A stretch of 64,000 nucleotides of DNA from Actinomycetes bacterium (GTDB lineage: Bacteria; Actinomycetota; Actinomycetes; Actinomycetales; SCSIO-59966): assembly GCA_046566185.1 (NCBI GenBank), contig JBKHXE010000021.1, positions 2,053 through 66,052 of the forward strand, read 5' to 3'. The position numbers were made by a program, and so were the translations under genes. This document shows positions 46,623 through 55,375 of the stretch, in pieces (within the stretch, counting starts at the first letter, position 1; each line of letters opens with the position of its first letter). Under the pieces are notes generated by a model that made no database searches, had not been told where the DNA came from, and worked only from the letters and a program-made list of their open reading frames with translations.

Positions 46623-48002
46623 ATGCGTCGACCACTGCGCGCCACCGCCGTCGCGGGGCTCGCCCTGTCCCTGATCCTCGCCGGCGGCGCCGCCGTCGCC
46701 AACGACCCCGACGGAGACCACGTCGGTCCGGGCTCGAGCGGCCCGGACCAGCACTCGAAGAACGTCAAGCTGCTGGCGAACGTCGCCCGCTCCGCGCCGG
46801 CGGTGCAGTCCGACCTCGCCTTCGACGGACGACTGGTGTACGCGGGCAACTACGGGGGGTTCCGCGTCATCGACGTCTCCGACCCCGAGGCGCCGCGGGT
46901 GGTCACCGACTTCCGCTGCAACGGCGCGCAGGGCGACATCTCGGTCTACCAGGGGCTCGCCTTCCAGTCCGTGGACAGGGCTCAGTCCGACGGCGGCTGC
47001 ACCAGCACGGACGTCACGGCGTCCACCCCCGGCATGTTCGAGGGTGTGCGCATCTTCGACGTCTCCGACCCCGCCTCCCCGAGGCTCATCACGTCGGTCC
47101 CCACGGACTGCGGCTCGCACACGCACACCCTGGTGCCCGATCCCGCGAACGGCCGGGTGGTCGTCTACGTCTCGTCCTACCCGCTCGGCGGGCTGGCCCT
47201 GGGGCCGAACTGCGTGCGCGCCGAGGACGGCGGCGGCCACAGCAAGATCTCGGTCATCGAGGTGCCGCTGGCGAACCCCGCGGCGGCCACCGTGTCCGCC
47301 TACCACCTCGATGGGGACACGCAGTGGGCGACCTACCTGGGCGCCTACACGTTCCGCGCCTGCCACGACATCAGCGTCAACACGGCCATCGACCGCGCCG
47401 CGGCGGCCTGCATGTCCGAGGGACAGGTCTGGGACATCAGCGACCCGCTCGCGCCGCGGTTCCTCTACCGGTACGACAACGACGCGGTGAAGCCGGAGAA
47501 CGTCGACCTGTTCCACTCCGCGAGCTTCAGCTGGGACGGCACCATCGTCGCCTTCGGTGACGAGTCCGGCGGTGGTGGGTCGGCCCGGTGCACGCGCCCG
47601 GACGACGACCGGGGCCGCATCTGGTTCCTGGAGCAGGCGACCGGCCGGGAGCTGGCCAGCTACAAGGTGCCCCGCGCCGAGCCCGGCACGTGCACCATGC
47701 ACAACTTCAACTTCCTCCCGCTGCGCGGCCGGAACGTCCTGGTGTCGGCCGCGTACACCGCCGGCACGACGATCGTCGACGTGGACGCGCTCGTCGCCGG
47801 CGCCTCCGAGGAGGACGCCGAGGTCGGCTGGTACAAGCCGAGCGGCGGCAACACCTGGTCGAGCTACTGGTACAACGGGTTCGTCTACGGCAACGACATC
47901 CTGCGCGGGCTCGACGTGTTCCTGCTGAGCGACCCGGTGCGTGCGGGCGCCCGGAAGCTGCCGTACCTCAACCCGCAGACGCAGGAGCAGCTCATCACCT
48001 GA
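46623..48002 (+). CDS. secreted LVIVD-repeat beta-propeller protein, paralogue 2
   Basis: ORF 46560..48002 trimmed to ATG 46623, preceded by GAGGAGGA. It has a signal peptide (AVAGLALSLILAGGAAVA), LVIVD-like units (GGFRVIDVSDPEAPRVV, VRIFDVSDPASPRLI, QVWDISDPLAPRF) and 8 Cys in the same relative positions as paralogue 1. Confidence 0.8.
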   Translation: MRRPLRATAVAGLALSLILAGGAAVANDPDGDHVGPGSSGPDQHSKNVKLLANVARSAPAVQSDLAFDGRLVYAGNYGGFRVIDVSDPEAPRVVTDFRCNGAQGDISVYQGLAFQSVDRAQSDGGCTSTDVTASTPGMFEGVRIFDVSDPASPRLITSVPTDCGSHTHTLVPDPANGRVVVYVSSYPLGGLALGPNCVRAEDGGGHSKISVIEVPLANPAAATVSAYHLDGDTQWATYLGAYTFRACHDISVNTAIDRAAAACMSEGQVWDISDPLAPRFLYRYDNDAVKPENVDLFHSASFSWDGTIVAFGDESGGGGSARCTRPDDDRGRIWFLEQATGRELASYKVPRAEPGTCTMHNFNFLPLRGRNVLVSAAYTAGTTIVDVDALVAGASEEDAEVGWYKPSGGNTWSSYWYNGFVYGNDILRGLDVFLLSDPVRAGARKLPYLNPQTQEQLIT

Positions 48003-48114
48003 CCCGTCACGCGGCCCCCGCCGCCCCCCACTGCCCCGCCGAGTGTGACTCCGAGAGCAGACACGCCGAGCGAGTCTGCGCGAAGAGCCACACTCGGCGA
48101 GGGCGGGGTGGTGG

Positions 48115-48480
48115 TCAGGCGACGTGCGGGTGCGTCTGGCGGTACCGGACGACGACGAGCGCGCCGCCGAGGGCCAGCGCCGCGCCGCCCAGCCCGGCCA
48201 CCGCAACCGTGTCCCACGGGATCGCCGTGGCGACCGGCGTGGCGGGCGCGGGCGAGGACTGCTGCTCCTGCAGCGCGACCCGCTCGGTGTACTCGATCTG
48301 CGCCTTCGTGTCGCGGATCCGCTCCGCCTCGACGGCCCTCCGCTCGGCGTACTCGAGCTGGGCCTTGCTCGGCGCCGGGTCGGCGCTCGCCGCGGCGGCG
48401 CCCGCAGGCAGCAGGGTGGCGCCGACGACCAGCGCGCCGGCGGCGAGACGTCGGGTGAGCAGGGTCTGGTCCTGGAACAT
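48115..48480 (-). CDS. small secreted, C-terminally membrane-anchored protein with an internal tandem repeat
   Basis: ORF 48115..48480, 121 aa. ATG 48480 is preceded by GGAGG. It has a signal peptide (RRLAAGALVVGATLLPAGAAAASA), the repeat KAQLEYAERRAVE / KAQIEYTERVALQ, and a C-terminal hydrophobic helix with a basic tail (VAVAGLGGAALALGGALVVVRYRQ). Confidence 0.6.
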   Translation of the reverse strand: MFQDQTLLTRRLAAGALVVGATLLPAGAAAASADPAPSKAQLEYAERRAVEAERIRDTKAQIEYTERVALQEQQSSPAPATPVATAIPWDTVAVAGLGGAALALGGALVVVRYRQTHPHVA

Positions 48481-48576
48481 CGTGACCTCCGTCGGTCCGG
48501 CTCCCCGGGTGGGAGCTCGTGCCGACGACGGTGCCGCCCGTCGGTCACCCGCCGGTCGCGCGACGGCCGCAGGCGG

Positions 48577-51500
48577 TCACGTGCCGGTCTCGCATCGGTC
48601 GCGGTGCAGGTACTGACGGCACTCCTGGTCGGTCATCGGCCTGGTGACGGCGTCCTGCGCCATGGCCAGGAGGTCGTCGAGGTCGAGGGCCCAGACCCGC
48701 ACGAGGTCGTCCTGCCCCGCCGTCACCAGGCGCCGCCCGTCGGGGGAGAAGTCGGCGTAGGTGACAGCCGAGCGGTGACCGTGCAGCGTGACGAGCGGCA
48801 GACCGGTCTCGACGTCCCACACCCGGGCCGTGCGGTCGCCGCTGGACGTCGCCACCCGCCTGCCGTCGGGGCTGAAGTCGACGTCGGTGACGTGGCTGCT
48901 GTGCCCCTCGAGCACGTGGACGACCTCGCCGGTGGAGACGTCCACGATCCGCGCCGGTCCGGTGTAGCTGCCGACCGCGACCTGTGTCCCGTCCGGCGAG
49001 TAGGCCAGCCGCCGCAGGAACCCGAGACCGCCGATCTCGCGCACGATCTCACCGGTCGCGACGTCCCAGACCACGATGCGCACGCCCTCGGCGTTCGCTC
49101 GCTCGTTCGGGGTGGCGATGGCCGCCATGTGCCGCCCGTCGGGTGAGTACGTGGCTCCCTCCAGGCCGGTCCCCTGCGGCGCGGAGAGCACGTCGAGCAC
49201 GCGTCCGTCGCGGTCCACGACGGTCGCGGACCCGTCGATCGTCGACAGCACGAGCCGCTGGCTGTCCGGGCTCCACGACACCCACTCGACGTTGTCGGGG
49301 GCCTCGGCGACGAAGGCGACGTCACCCCCGGCGGCGTCCCAGACCGTGGCGACCGGGGCGAAGAAGCCGGTGGCGGCGACCAGGGTGCCGTCGGGGCTGA
49401 CCGCCAGCGCGCGTGCGGGTTCGGGGTCCCCGGCGCCGGCCGGGGGCCGCATCACGACCGCGGCGCGCCCGGCATCGACGTCCCAGCGGGTCACGGTGGC
49501 GTCGGGGCTCGACGCCACGACCTGGCCGTCGGGCGTGAAGTCGGCGGCGTTCCACTCCGGGTCGCCCATCGCGGGGAGCGCCGCCCACTCGGCCCCGCCG
49601 CCGAGGGTCACGTCGAACACGCTGACCGCCGACACGGCCTCGTCCCCGGTCATGACGAAGCGCCCGTCCGGGGAGAACACCGCGTCGTACAGCCCCTGGG
49701 TGCCCTGGCCCGCAAGGGTCAGCTCGGGCCGCGCCGCGTCCGCCGAGACGTCCCAGACCCGCACCGTGCCGTCGCCGCCGGCGGTGGCGAGGCGACGCGC
49801 GTCGGGCGACCAGGCGACCGCCTGGACTGCCGCCCGGTGCGCCGTCACGGCGTGCACCATGGCGCCGGTCGAGGCGTCGAACACCCGGGCGGCGTGGTCG
49901 CCGTCGGCCGTCGCGACCCACCGGCCGTCCGGGCTGAAGTCCACGTCGGCGACCTCCTTGCCGGCGGCGCGAGCGACCTCTGCCCCGGACCGGGCGTCCC
50001 AGACGACGAGGGTCCCCCGGTCCTCCAGCGGCGCGGCCAGCCGAGCACCGTCGGGGCTCATCGCCAGCGCCCACTTGATGCCGGCCATCGGCCGCTCCTG
50101 GACGACCGAGCGTGTCGGCAGGTCCCAGACCCGCACCGTCGACTGCCCGTCGGCGAACCAGACCGCCGCCACGGTCCGGCCGTCCGGCGAGAACCAGGGT
50201 GACCAGATCTCCCCGGTGCCCGGCAACGAGTGCAGCAGCTCGCCGGTCTGCGGGTCCCAGACGTCCAGCACGCCGTCGTCCCCCGCCGACGCGAGCATCG
50301 TGCCGTCCGGGCTGAAGCGAGCCATGTTGATGTCGACGTCGTCGGCCACCCAGCTGAGCACCGGCTCGCCGGTCCGGGCGTCACGCAGCTCGACGAGCCC
50401 GGACTCCTCGGGCCCCTCGGTGACGAACAGCCGTCCGTCGGGGCTCCAGTCCACCCGGCCGCCCACGCCGTCGACGGAGAGCACCGCCCGGGACGCCGTC
50501 ACTGCCCGGTGCAGCGCGTCCTCGGCCTCCCCGAGGACGGCGAGCCCGTTGTCCCGCGCCAGCTGCGCCGACTCCACGGCCAGCATCACGGCGAGCTCGG
50601 GGTCGGCGTCCAGCACCGCGAGCGAGGACGACGCGAGCTCGCGTGCCTGCGCGACCAGCGCCTCGCGCTCGGCCCGGTCGCCCGCCCGGACGGCGGTGAC
50701 GCCCGCGACGAGCGACACGACGAGCAGCACGCCGACGCCACCGAGCAGCCACCGCAGCCGCCGGTTCTGGCGCGTGGCCTGCGTGGCGCGGCGCTCGGCG
50801 TCGGCGCGCTCCGCGTCGAGGGCGGCGCGAGCGGCCGCGAGGAACTCGGCCTCGAGGTCGGTGATCTCGCCGGGACGGGCAGCGGCCAGGTCGCTGCCCG
50901 CGGCCAGCCGGGCACCCCGCCACAGGTCCGTCGGCTCCCGGCCGCCTTCGGCCCAGTCGACGGCCGCGGCTGCCAGGCGGCCGCGGATCGCGCGGGTCTC
51001 GGCGTCCTCCGCGACCCAGTGGCGCAGCCGCGGCCACTCCCGGTACAGCGCCTCGTGCGCGGCCTCCACCCAGCCGTCGCCCAGACTGAGCAGCCGCGCG
51101 CCCGCCAGGGGGCCGACGACCGCACGCACGTGCGGGTCCGGCAGGGCCGCCAGCTCGGCGAGCGGCACCCGTCGCCGGCTGACGGCCGTGCCCTCCCCGG
51201 TGCCGGCCAGCCGCAGCATCAGCACCCGGACGGCGGCCCGGCCCTCGTCGTCCAGCTCGCCGTAGACGCGCTCGGCGAGCCGGGCCACCGCGCCCCGCAC
51301 GCCGCCGGCGCGGGCGTACGCGGCCAGGGTGAGCCGCGTGCCGTCCCGGTGCTCCCACAGCTCGCTGAGCGCGGTCGACAGCAGCGGCAGCACCCCGGGC
51401 TCCGCGGCGGCGTCGGCGACGAGCGCGTCCGTCAGGCCGACGTCCAGCACCAGACCGGCCCGCTCGGCGGGCAGCTCGACGGCGCGGCGCAGCTCGGCCT

Positions 51501-53571
51501 CGCTCGGCGGTCCGACCAGCACGGTGGAGTCGGACAGCAGCCGCGCCAGCTCCGGGCGACGCGCCACGTCTCCCGCGTGGTCGGCGCGCACCACCAGCAC
51601 GAGGGCCGCGCGGCGGTGGCCGACCGCCAGGTCGACGACGGCCGACAGGAACGCCTCACGCTCGTCCGGGTCGTCGCAGACGGTCCAGAGCTCCTCGGCC
51701 TGGTCGACCACCAGCACGACGCGGCTGTCGTCCGCGCCGTCCAGCACCATCCTCCGCAGCAGGTCGGCCACCTGGTCGGCCGTGGGCTCGGCGCCCCGCA
51801 GGGCCACCCGGGCCAGCTCGTGCATCGGGTGCCGGCCCGGACGCAGGAGCATCACCGGCCACGCCTCGCTGCCCGGCAGCACCCCGGAGCGCAGGGAGGC
51901 GGCGAGCCCGGCCCGCACGAGGCTGGACTTCCCGCTGCCCGAGGTGCCGATCACGGCCAGCACGGTGGACGACGACACGCGCGCCACCAGCTCGGCGACG
52001 AGCCGCTCGCGGCCCGCGAACATCGACGCGTCCTCGACGTCGTAGGCCGCCAGGCCCTTCCACGGGCACACGTCGGCGGCGGGCCCCCGAGGCCGCAGCA
52101 CCTCGCCGAGCCGCACCACCCCGTCCTGCAGCTCGGCGCGCGCGGCGTCCAGCCGTCGCCGACCGTCCCGTGCCTCGGCGGCCGCCGTCTCGACCCGAGA
52201 CATCTCCCGCCGCCGGGCCGTCTCGACGGCGAGGTCGTGCACCGCGCCCGGTCGCCCGCCGGACCGGCGCAGCACGTCCGGCAGCACGTCGCGCGCCACC
52301 TGCTCGGGCAGGTAGGTCTCCAGCAGGGCCCGCACGTCCTCGGGCGCCAGCGGGCCGACGTCGAGGCGCTCCACGTCGGCGGGCACGCCGTCGGGCGTCC
52401 CCATCACGAGGGTGACCGCGGCATCGTCCCCCTGGGTGGGCAGCACCCGCAGGACCCGGCCGCCGGCTCGCGAGGCCGTCCCGGCGTCCGGGCCCGGGTC
52501 GTCGCGCACCTCGTTCCCCGCCGCGGCCACCTCCGCCGCGAACTGGCTGACGAGCCGGCGGACGCCGGAGCCGGGCTGACCGCGGACGACGACCGTGAGG
52601 CCCGGCCGCTGCTCGCTGCGGCGCCACGCGTCGCGCAGCGCCCCGAGCTCGCGCTCCCTGCCGACGAACGCTCCGGGCTCGGGGACCAACGCGGTCGGCA
52701 GCCGGGGCGCCCGGCGCGGGGCAGCCAGGCTCACATCCTGCGCGAGCACCCGGCCGTGCAGGGTCCGCAGCGCCTCGCCCGGCTCGACGCCGAGCTCGTC
52801 GACGAGCTTCTCGCGGGCGCGGTGGTAGGCGGCCAGCGCGTCGGCCTGGCGTCCCTCGCGGTACAGCCCCAGCACGAGCAGCTCCCACAGTCGCTCGCGC
52901 AGCGGGTGGTCGTGGACGGCGGCCTCCAGCTCCGGCAGGCACTCGCGCGAGCGGCCCAGCTCGAGCTCGGCGGCGGCCCGGTCCTCGAACGCGGCGCGCC
53001 GCAGCTCCTCCAGCCGCCGCGCCTCGCCGCCGCCGAAGGCCGTGTCCTCGAAACCGGCGTACGCGGGCCCGCGCCACAGCGCGAGCGCCTGCCGCAGCGT
53101 GGCGGCCGCCGACTCGAGCCGCCCCTCCCGCAAGGCCCGGCGACCGAGCTCCACCAGCCGCTCGAAGTGCCGCGCGTCCACCGCCTCGTCGGGCACCGCC
53201 AGTCGGTACCCCGCGCCGTCGGTGACCAGGACCCGCGGCGGGCCGTCTCGGTCCGGCTCGAGCGACTTGCGCAGGCGCAGCACGTAGTTCTGCACCGACT
53301 TCGTCGCGGACCGCGGCGGGTCGTCCGCCCACAGCGTCCCCACCAGGTCGTCCACGGTGACCGTGCGGCCCGCGGACGCGACGAGCCGCGCGAGCACGGT
53401 GCGCTCCTTCGCCCCCGTGATCTCGACCGGGCCCTCGTCCACCGCTACCTGCAGGGTGCCGAGGACGGCGAACTCCACGCTGGAACCGTAGGGCGGCGCG
53501 GAGGCGCTGGTCATGGGAACTGCTGTACTCGCGCCCGGTCTCCCCGCGGTCACGCGTCGGTCAGACGCCAC
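48577..53571 (-). CDS. SARP-type wHTH + BTAD regulator fused to a degenerate P-loop module, a canonical STAND-type P-loop NTPase, one TM helix and 14 WD40 repeats
   Basis: ORF 48577..53571, 1664 aa (first start GTG 53571; ATG 53514 is the alternative). It has a wHTH (AVLGTLQV...YVLRLRKSL...GYRL) and a BTAD (RQALALWRGPAYAGF...). The degenerate Walker A is GQPGSGVRR (52561..52593). The canonical Walker A is VIGTSGSGKSS (51926..51955), with Walker B VLVVDQAEELW. The TM helix is WLLGGVGVLLVVSLVAGVTAV (about 50690..50755). Fourteen [FWY]SPDG-type blades follow. Confidence 0.85.
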   Translation of the reverse strand: MASDRRVTAGRPGASTAVPMTSASAPPYGSSVEFAVLGTLQVAVDEGPVEITGAKERTVLARLVASAGRTVTVDDLVGTLWADDPPRSATKSVQNYVLRLRKSLEPDRDGPPRVLVTDGAGYRLAVPDEAVDARHFERLVELGRRALREGRLESAAATLRQALALWRGPAYAGFEDTAFGGGEARRLEELRRAAFEDRAAAELELGRSRECLPELEAAVHDHPLRERLWELLVLGLYREGRQADALAAYHRAREKLVDELGVEPGEALRTLHGRVLAQDVSLAAPRRAPRLPTALVPEPGAFVGRERELGALRDAWRRSEQRPGLTVVVRGQPGSGVRRLVSQFAAEVAAAGNEVRDDPGPDAGTASRAGGRVLRVLPTQGDDAAVTLVMGTPDGVPADVERLDVGPLAPEDVRALLETYLPEQVARDVLPDVLRRSGGRPGAVHDLAVETARRREMSRVETAAAEARDGRRRLDAARAELQDGVVRLGEVLRPRGPAADVCPWKGLAAYDVEDASMFAGRERLVAELVARVSSSTVLAVIGTSGSGKSSLVRAGLAASLRSGVLPGSEAWPVMLLRPGRHPMHELARVALRGAEPTADQVADLLRRMVLDGADDSRVVLVVDQAEELWTVCDDPDEREAFLSAVVDLAVGHRRAALVLVVRADHAGDVARRPELARLLSDSTVLVGPPSEAELRRAVELPAERAGLVLDVGLTDALVADAAAEPGVLPLLSTALSELWEHRDGTRLTLAAYARAGGVRGAVARLAERVYGELDDEGRAAVRVLMLRLAGTGEGTAVSRRRVPLAELAALPDPHVRAVVGPLAGARLLSLGDGWVEAAHEALYREWPRLRHWVAEDAETRAIRGRLAAAAVDWAEGGREPTDLWRGARLAAGSDLAAARPGEITDLEAEFLAAARAALDAERADAERRATQATRQNRRLRWLLGGVGVLLVVSLVAGVTAVRAGDRAEREALVAQARELASSSLAVLDADPELAVMLAVESAQLARDNGLAVLGEAEDALHRAVTASRAVLSVDGVGGRVDWSPDGRLFVTEGPEESGLVELRDARTGEPVLSWVADDVDINMARFSPDGTMLASAGDDGVLDVWDPQTGELLHSLPGTGEIWSPWFSPDGRTVAAVWFADGQSTVRVWDLPTRSVVQERPMAGIKWALAMSPDGARLAAPLEDRGTLVVWDARSGAEVARAAGKEVADVDFSPDGRWVATADGDHAARVFDASTGAMVHAVTAHRAAVQAVAWSPDARRLATAGGDGTVRVWDVSADAARPELTLAGQGTQGLYDAVFSPDGRFVMTGDEAVSAVSVFDVTLGGGAEWAALPAMGDPEWNAADFTPDGQVVASSPDATVTRWDVDAGRAAVVMRPPAGAGDPEPARALAVSPDGTLVAATGFFAPVATVWDAAGGDVAFVAEAPDNVEWVSWSPDSQRLVLSTIDGSATVVDRDGRVLDVLSAPQGTGLEGATYSPDGRHMAAIATPNERANAEGVRIVVWDVATGEIVREIGGLGFLRRLAYSPDGTQVAVGSYTGPARIVDVSTGEVVHVLEGHSSHVTDVDFSPDGRRVATSSGDRTARVWDVETGLPLVTLHGHRSAVTYADFSPDGRRLVTAGQDDLVRVWALDLDDLLAMAQDAVTRPMTDQECRQYLHRDRCETGT

Positions 53572-55375
53572 CGCCCGGCGGGTCGGCGGTGTCGAAGCGC
53601 AGTCCGCTCGCCCCTTCGCCGTGGCCCACCCGCACGCGCCGTCCGACCCACAGCGACGTCCCCCCGCCGACGGTGCGCGCCAGCTGGAACGACCGCGTGA
53701 CCACGACGCCGTCCCGCGGCACCTCCTCCTCGGCGACCCGCAGCCGGTCGGTGGCCGGGTCGGCGTCCGGCCGGGACAGCAGCACCGTGCCGCGAGGGTG
53801 CACGAGGTCGACGCGTGGCTGCGTCTCCCCGGCCGGGACGTCGAGGTAGCGCAGCAGCGGCCGGCGCTCCAGCACGTGCGGCGCGGTCAGGTCACCCGGG
53901 CGCTGCCGGACGGCGACCATCGGGATCCAGTTCTCCGGCACCGGGGTCATCAGCCGCCAGACGACCCGGGCGTCACCGAGGTCGTCGGGTGCGGCGCCGA
54001 CGAGGCGGACCGGCGCCGCGAGGCGCCCGACCGGCACCGGCTCGCCGGACGTCGCGTCGGGCACCACCCGCTCGACGCCCCACACGAGGTTCGCCATCTC
54101 GTCGCGGAACAGCGCGACCTCCTCCAGCGGCTCGCCCTCCAGCACGTGCTGCAGCGTCGGCGCCAGCACGAACACCCGGTTGAGCCGGGAGGCGTCGCTC
54201 GCCGCGGTCGACTGGAACGCCGCCCAGCCGGGGCGGGTCGTCTCGCGGGCCGGGGCGATGTCGACCCGGTGACCGAACGTGTCCCGGACCTCGATGCGGT
54301 CCAGCCTCGTCACCGAGCCGTACGGCAGGTCCAGCGGCAGCTGGAACCAGTCGACGCCGTAGGCCAGGGCGAACTCCACGACGGCCAGCCGCGCGAGGTC
54401 GGTGCGCCCGCCCTGCACGCCGCCGAGGTAGACCGCGGAGTCCTCGAAGGCGAAGAGCCGGTCGCTCGGCATGCCGGCGAAGCGCACCGCCGACGGCAGG
54501 TTCGTGTCGGAGACCCGTTGCGCCGCGACCGCTGTCCCACTGCCGCCCAGCGAGGGGCCGGACCGCCCCTCGCCGTGGAACCAGTCCAGCGTGCCGCCGG
54601 TGTAGTCGTCGACGTCGACCACGACCGGGCCGTCGGTGAGGTCGGCCTGGACGGCGAAGCGGTGCTCGAGCCGGTGCGGGTCCCACGAGCTGTCACTGGG
54701 GGCGGCCAGCAGACCCGCACCCCAGGCCCGCCACCCGGCCAGGACGCCGCGGACGTCGTCGGCGGCCATCCCGGCGGCGTCGGCCAGCGGGGCCGGCAGG
54801 TCGTCGTCGGTCAGGGCGGACAGCACCGCCGCGCCGTCCGGGACGCGCCCGGCGGCCAGCCGCAGCCGGCGGGCACCGGCGGGGTCGGCGTCGGCGTCCG
54901 GCGCCGGGAAGGGGTAGGCAGCGACCGCGGCGTCGGCGACGGCGCCGTGGCCGCCGGCGCGGAGCAGCCGCAGCAGGTGCAGCCCGAGCTGCGTGCGCAC
55001 CCGCACCGGCAGCACGGCGGGCACCTCGGCCTCCACCCGCACCTCCAGCGGCACGTCGTCCGGCTCGCCCGGCGCCATCGGCACGACGGTGCCGTCGTCG
55101 CCGGGGCGCAGCCGCGACAGCGGCGCCGTCTCCCCCTCGACGGTGGCGAGTACCGGGGTACCGGCGTCCTCGCCGCGCAGCTCGTCGTACTGCCACTGGC
55201 GCCCGAGCAGCCACAGCGGGTCGCCGAGCAGGGCCTGGGCCCCGGGCGTGAGGTCGCCCCGCGTCAGCGGCAGCGGCTCCAGCCGCGACCAGCGCGGCAC
55301 GACCGGCAGCACCTGCCAGTCGGCGAACTTGCGGTCGATCTCGACCCGCACACTGCCCCAGTCGATCTCAGGCAC
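53561..55375 (-). CDS. hypothetical 604-aa protein, no recognisable domain (third complete gene of the giant-ORFan operon)
   Basis: The 3' 604 codons of ORF 53561..55930. GTG 55375 overlaps the upstream stop by 8 nt (GTGCCTGA). The frame has high G/C at codon position 3 and a balanced composition. Distinctive strings are LGDPLWLLGRQWQYDELRGEDAGTPV, FAGMPSDRLFAFEDSAVYLGG and VPENWIPMV. Confidence 0.75.
   Translation of the reverse strand: MPEIDWGSVRVEIDRKFADWQVLPVVPRWSRLEPLPLTRGDLTPGAQALLGDPLWLLGRQWQYDELRGEDAGTPVLATVEGETAPLSRLRPGDDGTVVPMAPGEPDDVPLEVRVEAEVPAVLPVRVRTQLGLHLLRLLRAGGHGAVADAAVAAYPFPAPDADADPAGARRLRLAAGRVPDGAAVLSALTDDDLPAPLADAAGMAADDVRGVLAGWRAWGAGLLAAPSDSSWDPHRLEHRFAVQADLTDGPVVVDVDDYTGGTLDWFHGEGRSGPSLGGSGTAVAAQRVSDTNLPSAVRFAGMPSDRLFAFEDSAVYLGGVQGGRTDLARLAVVEFALAYGVDWFQLPLDLPYGSVTRLDRIEVRDTFGHRVDIAPARETTRPGWAAFQSTAASDASRLNRVFVLAPTLQHVLEGEPLEEVALFRDEMANLVWGVERVVPDATSGEPVPVGRLAAPVRLVGAAPDDLGDARVVWRLMTPVPENWIPMVAVRQRPGDLTAPHVLERRPLLRYLDVPAGETQPRVDLVHPRGTVLLSRPDADPATDRLRVAEEEVPRDGVVVTRSFQLARTVGGGTSLWVGRRVRVGHGEGASGLRFDTADPPGGGV

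Noticed and set aside
48038-48098. The inverted repeat GCCGAGTGTG...CACACTCGGC between the convergent genes ending at 48002 and 48115, considered as a bidirectional terminator.
   Set aside because: It has a 10-bp stem but a ~41-nt loop, so the stability is doubtful without folding calculations. I left it uncalled.
54661-54690. HRLEH in the 604-aa protein (WDPHRLEHRF), considered as an inverted-zincin HxxEH metalloprotease motif.
   Set aside because: A five-residue pattern is expected by chance in several thousand residues. There is no downstream Glu/His context typical of M16 enzymes, so it does not support a call.
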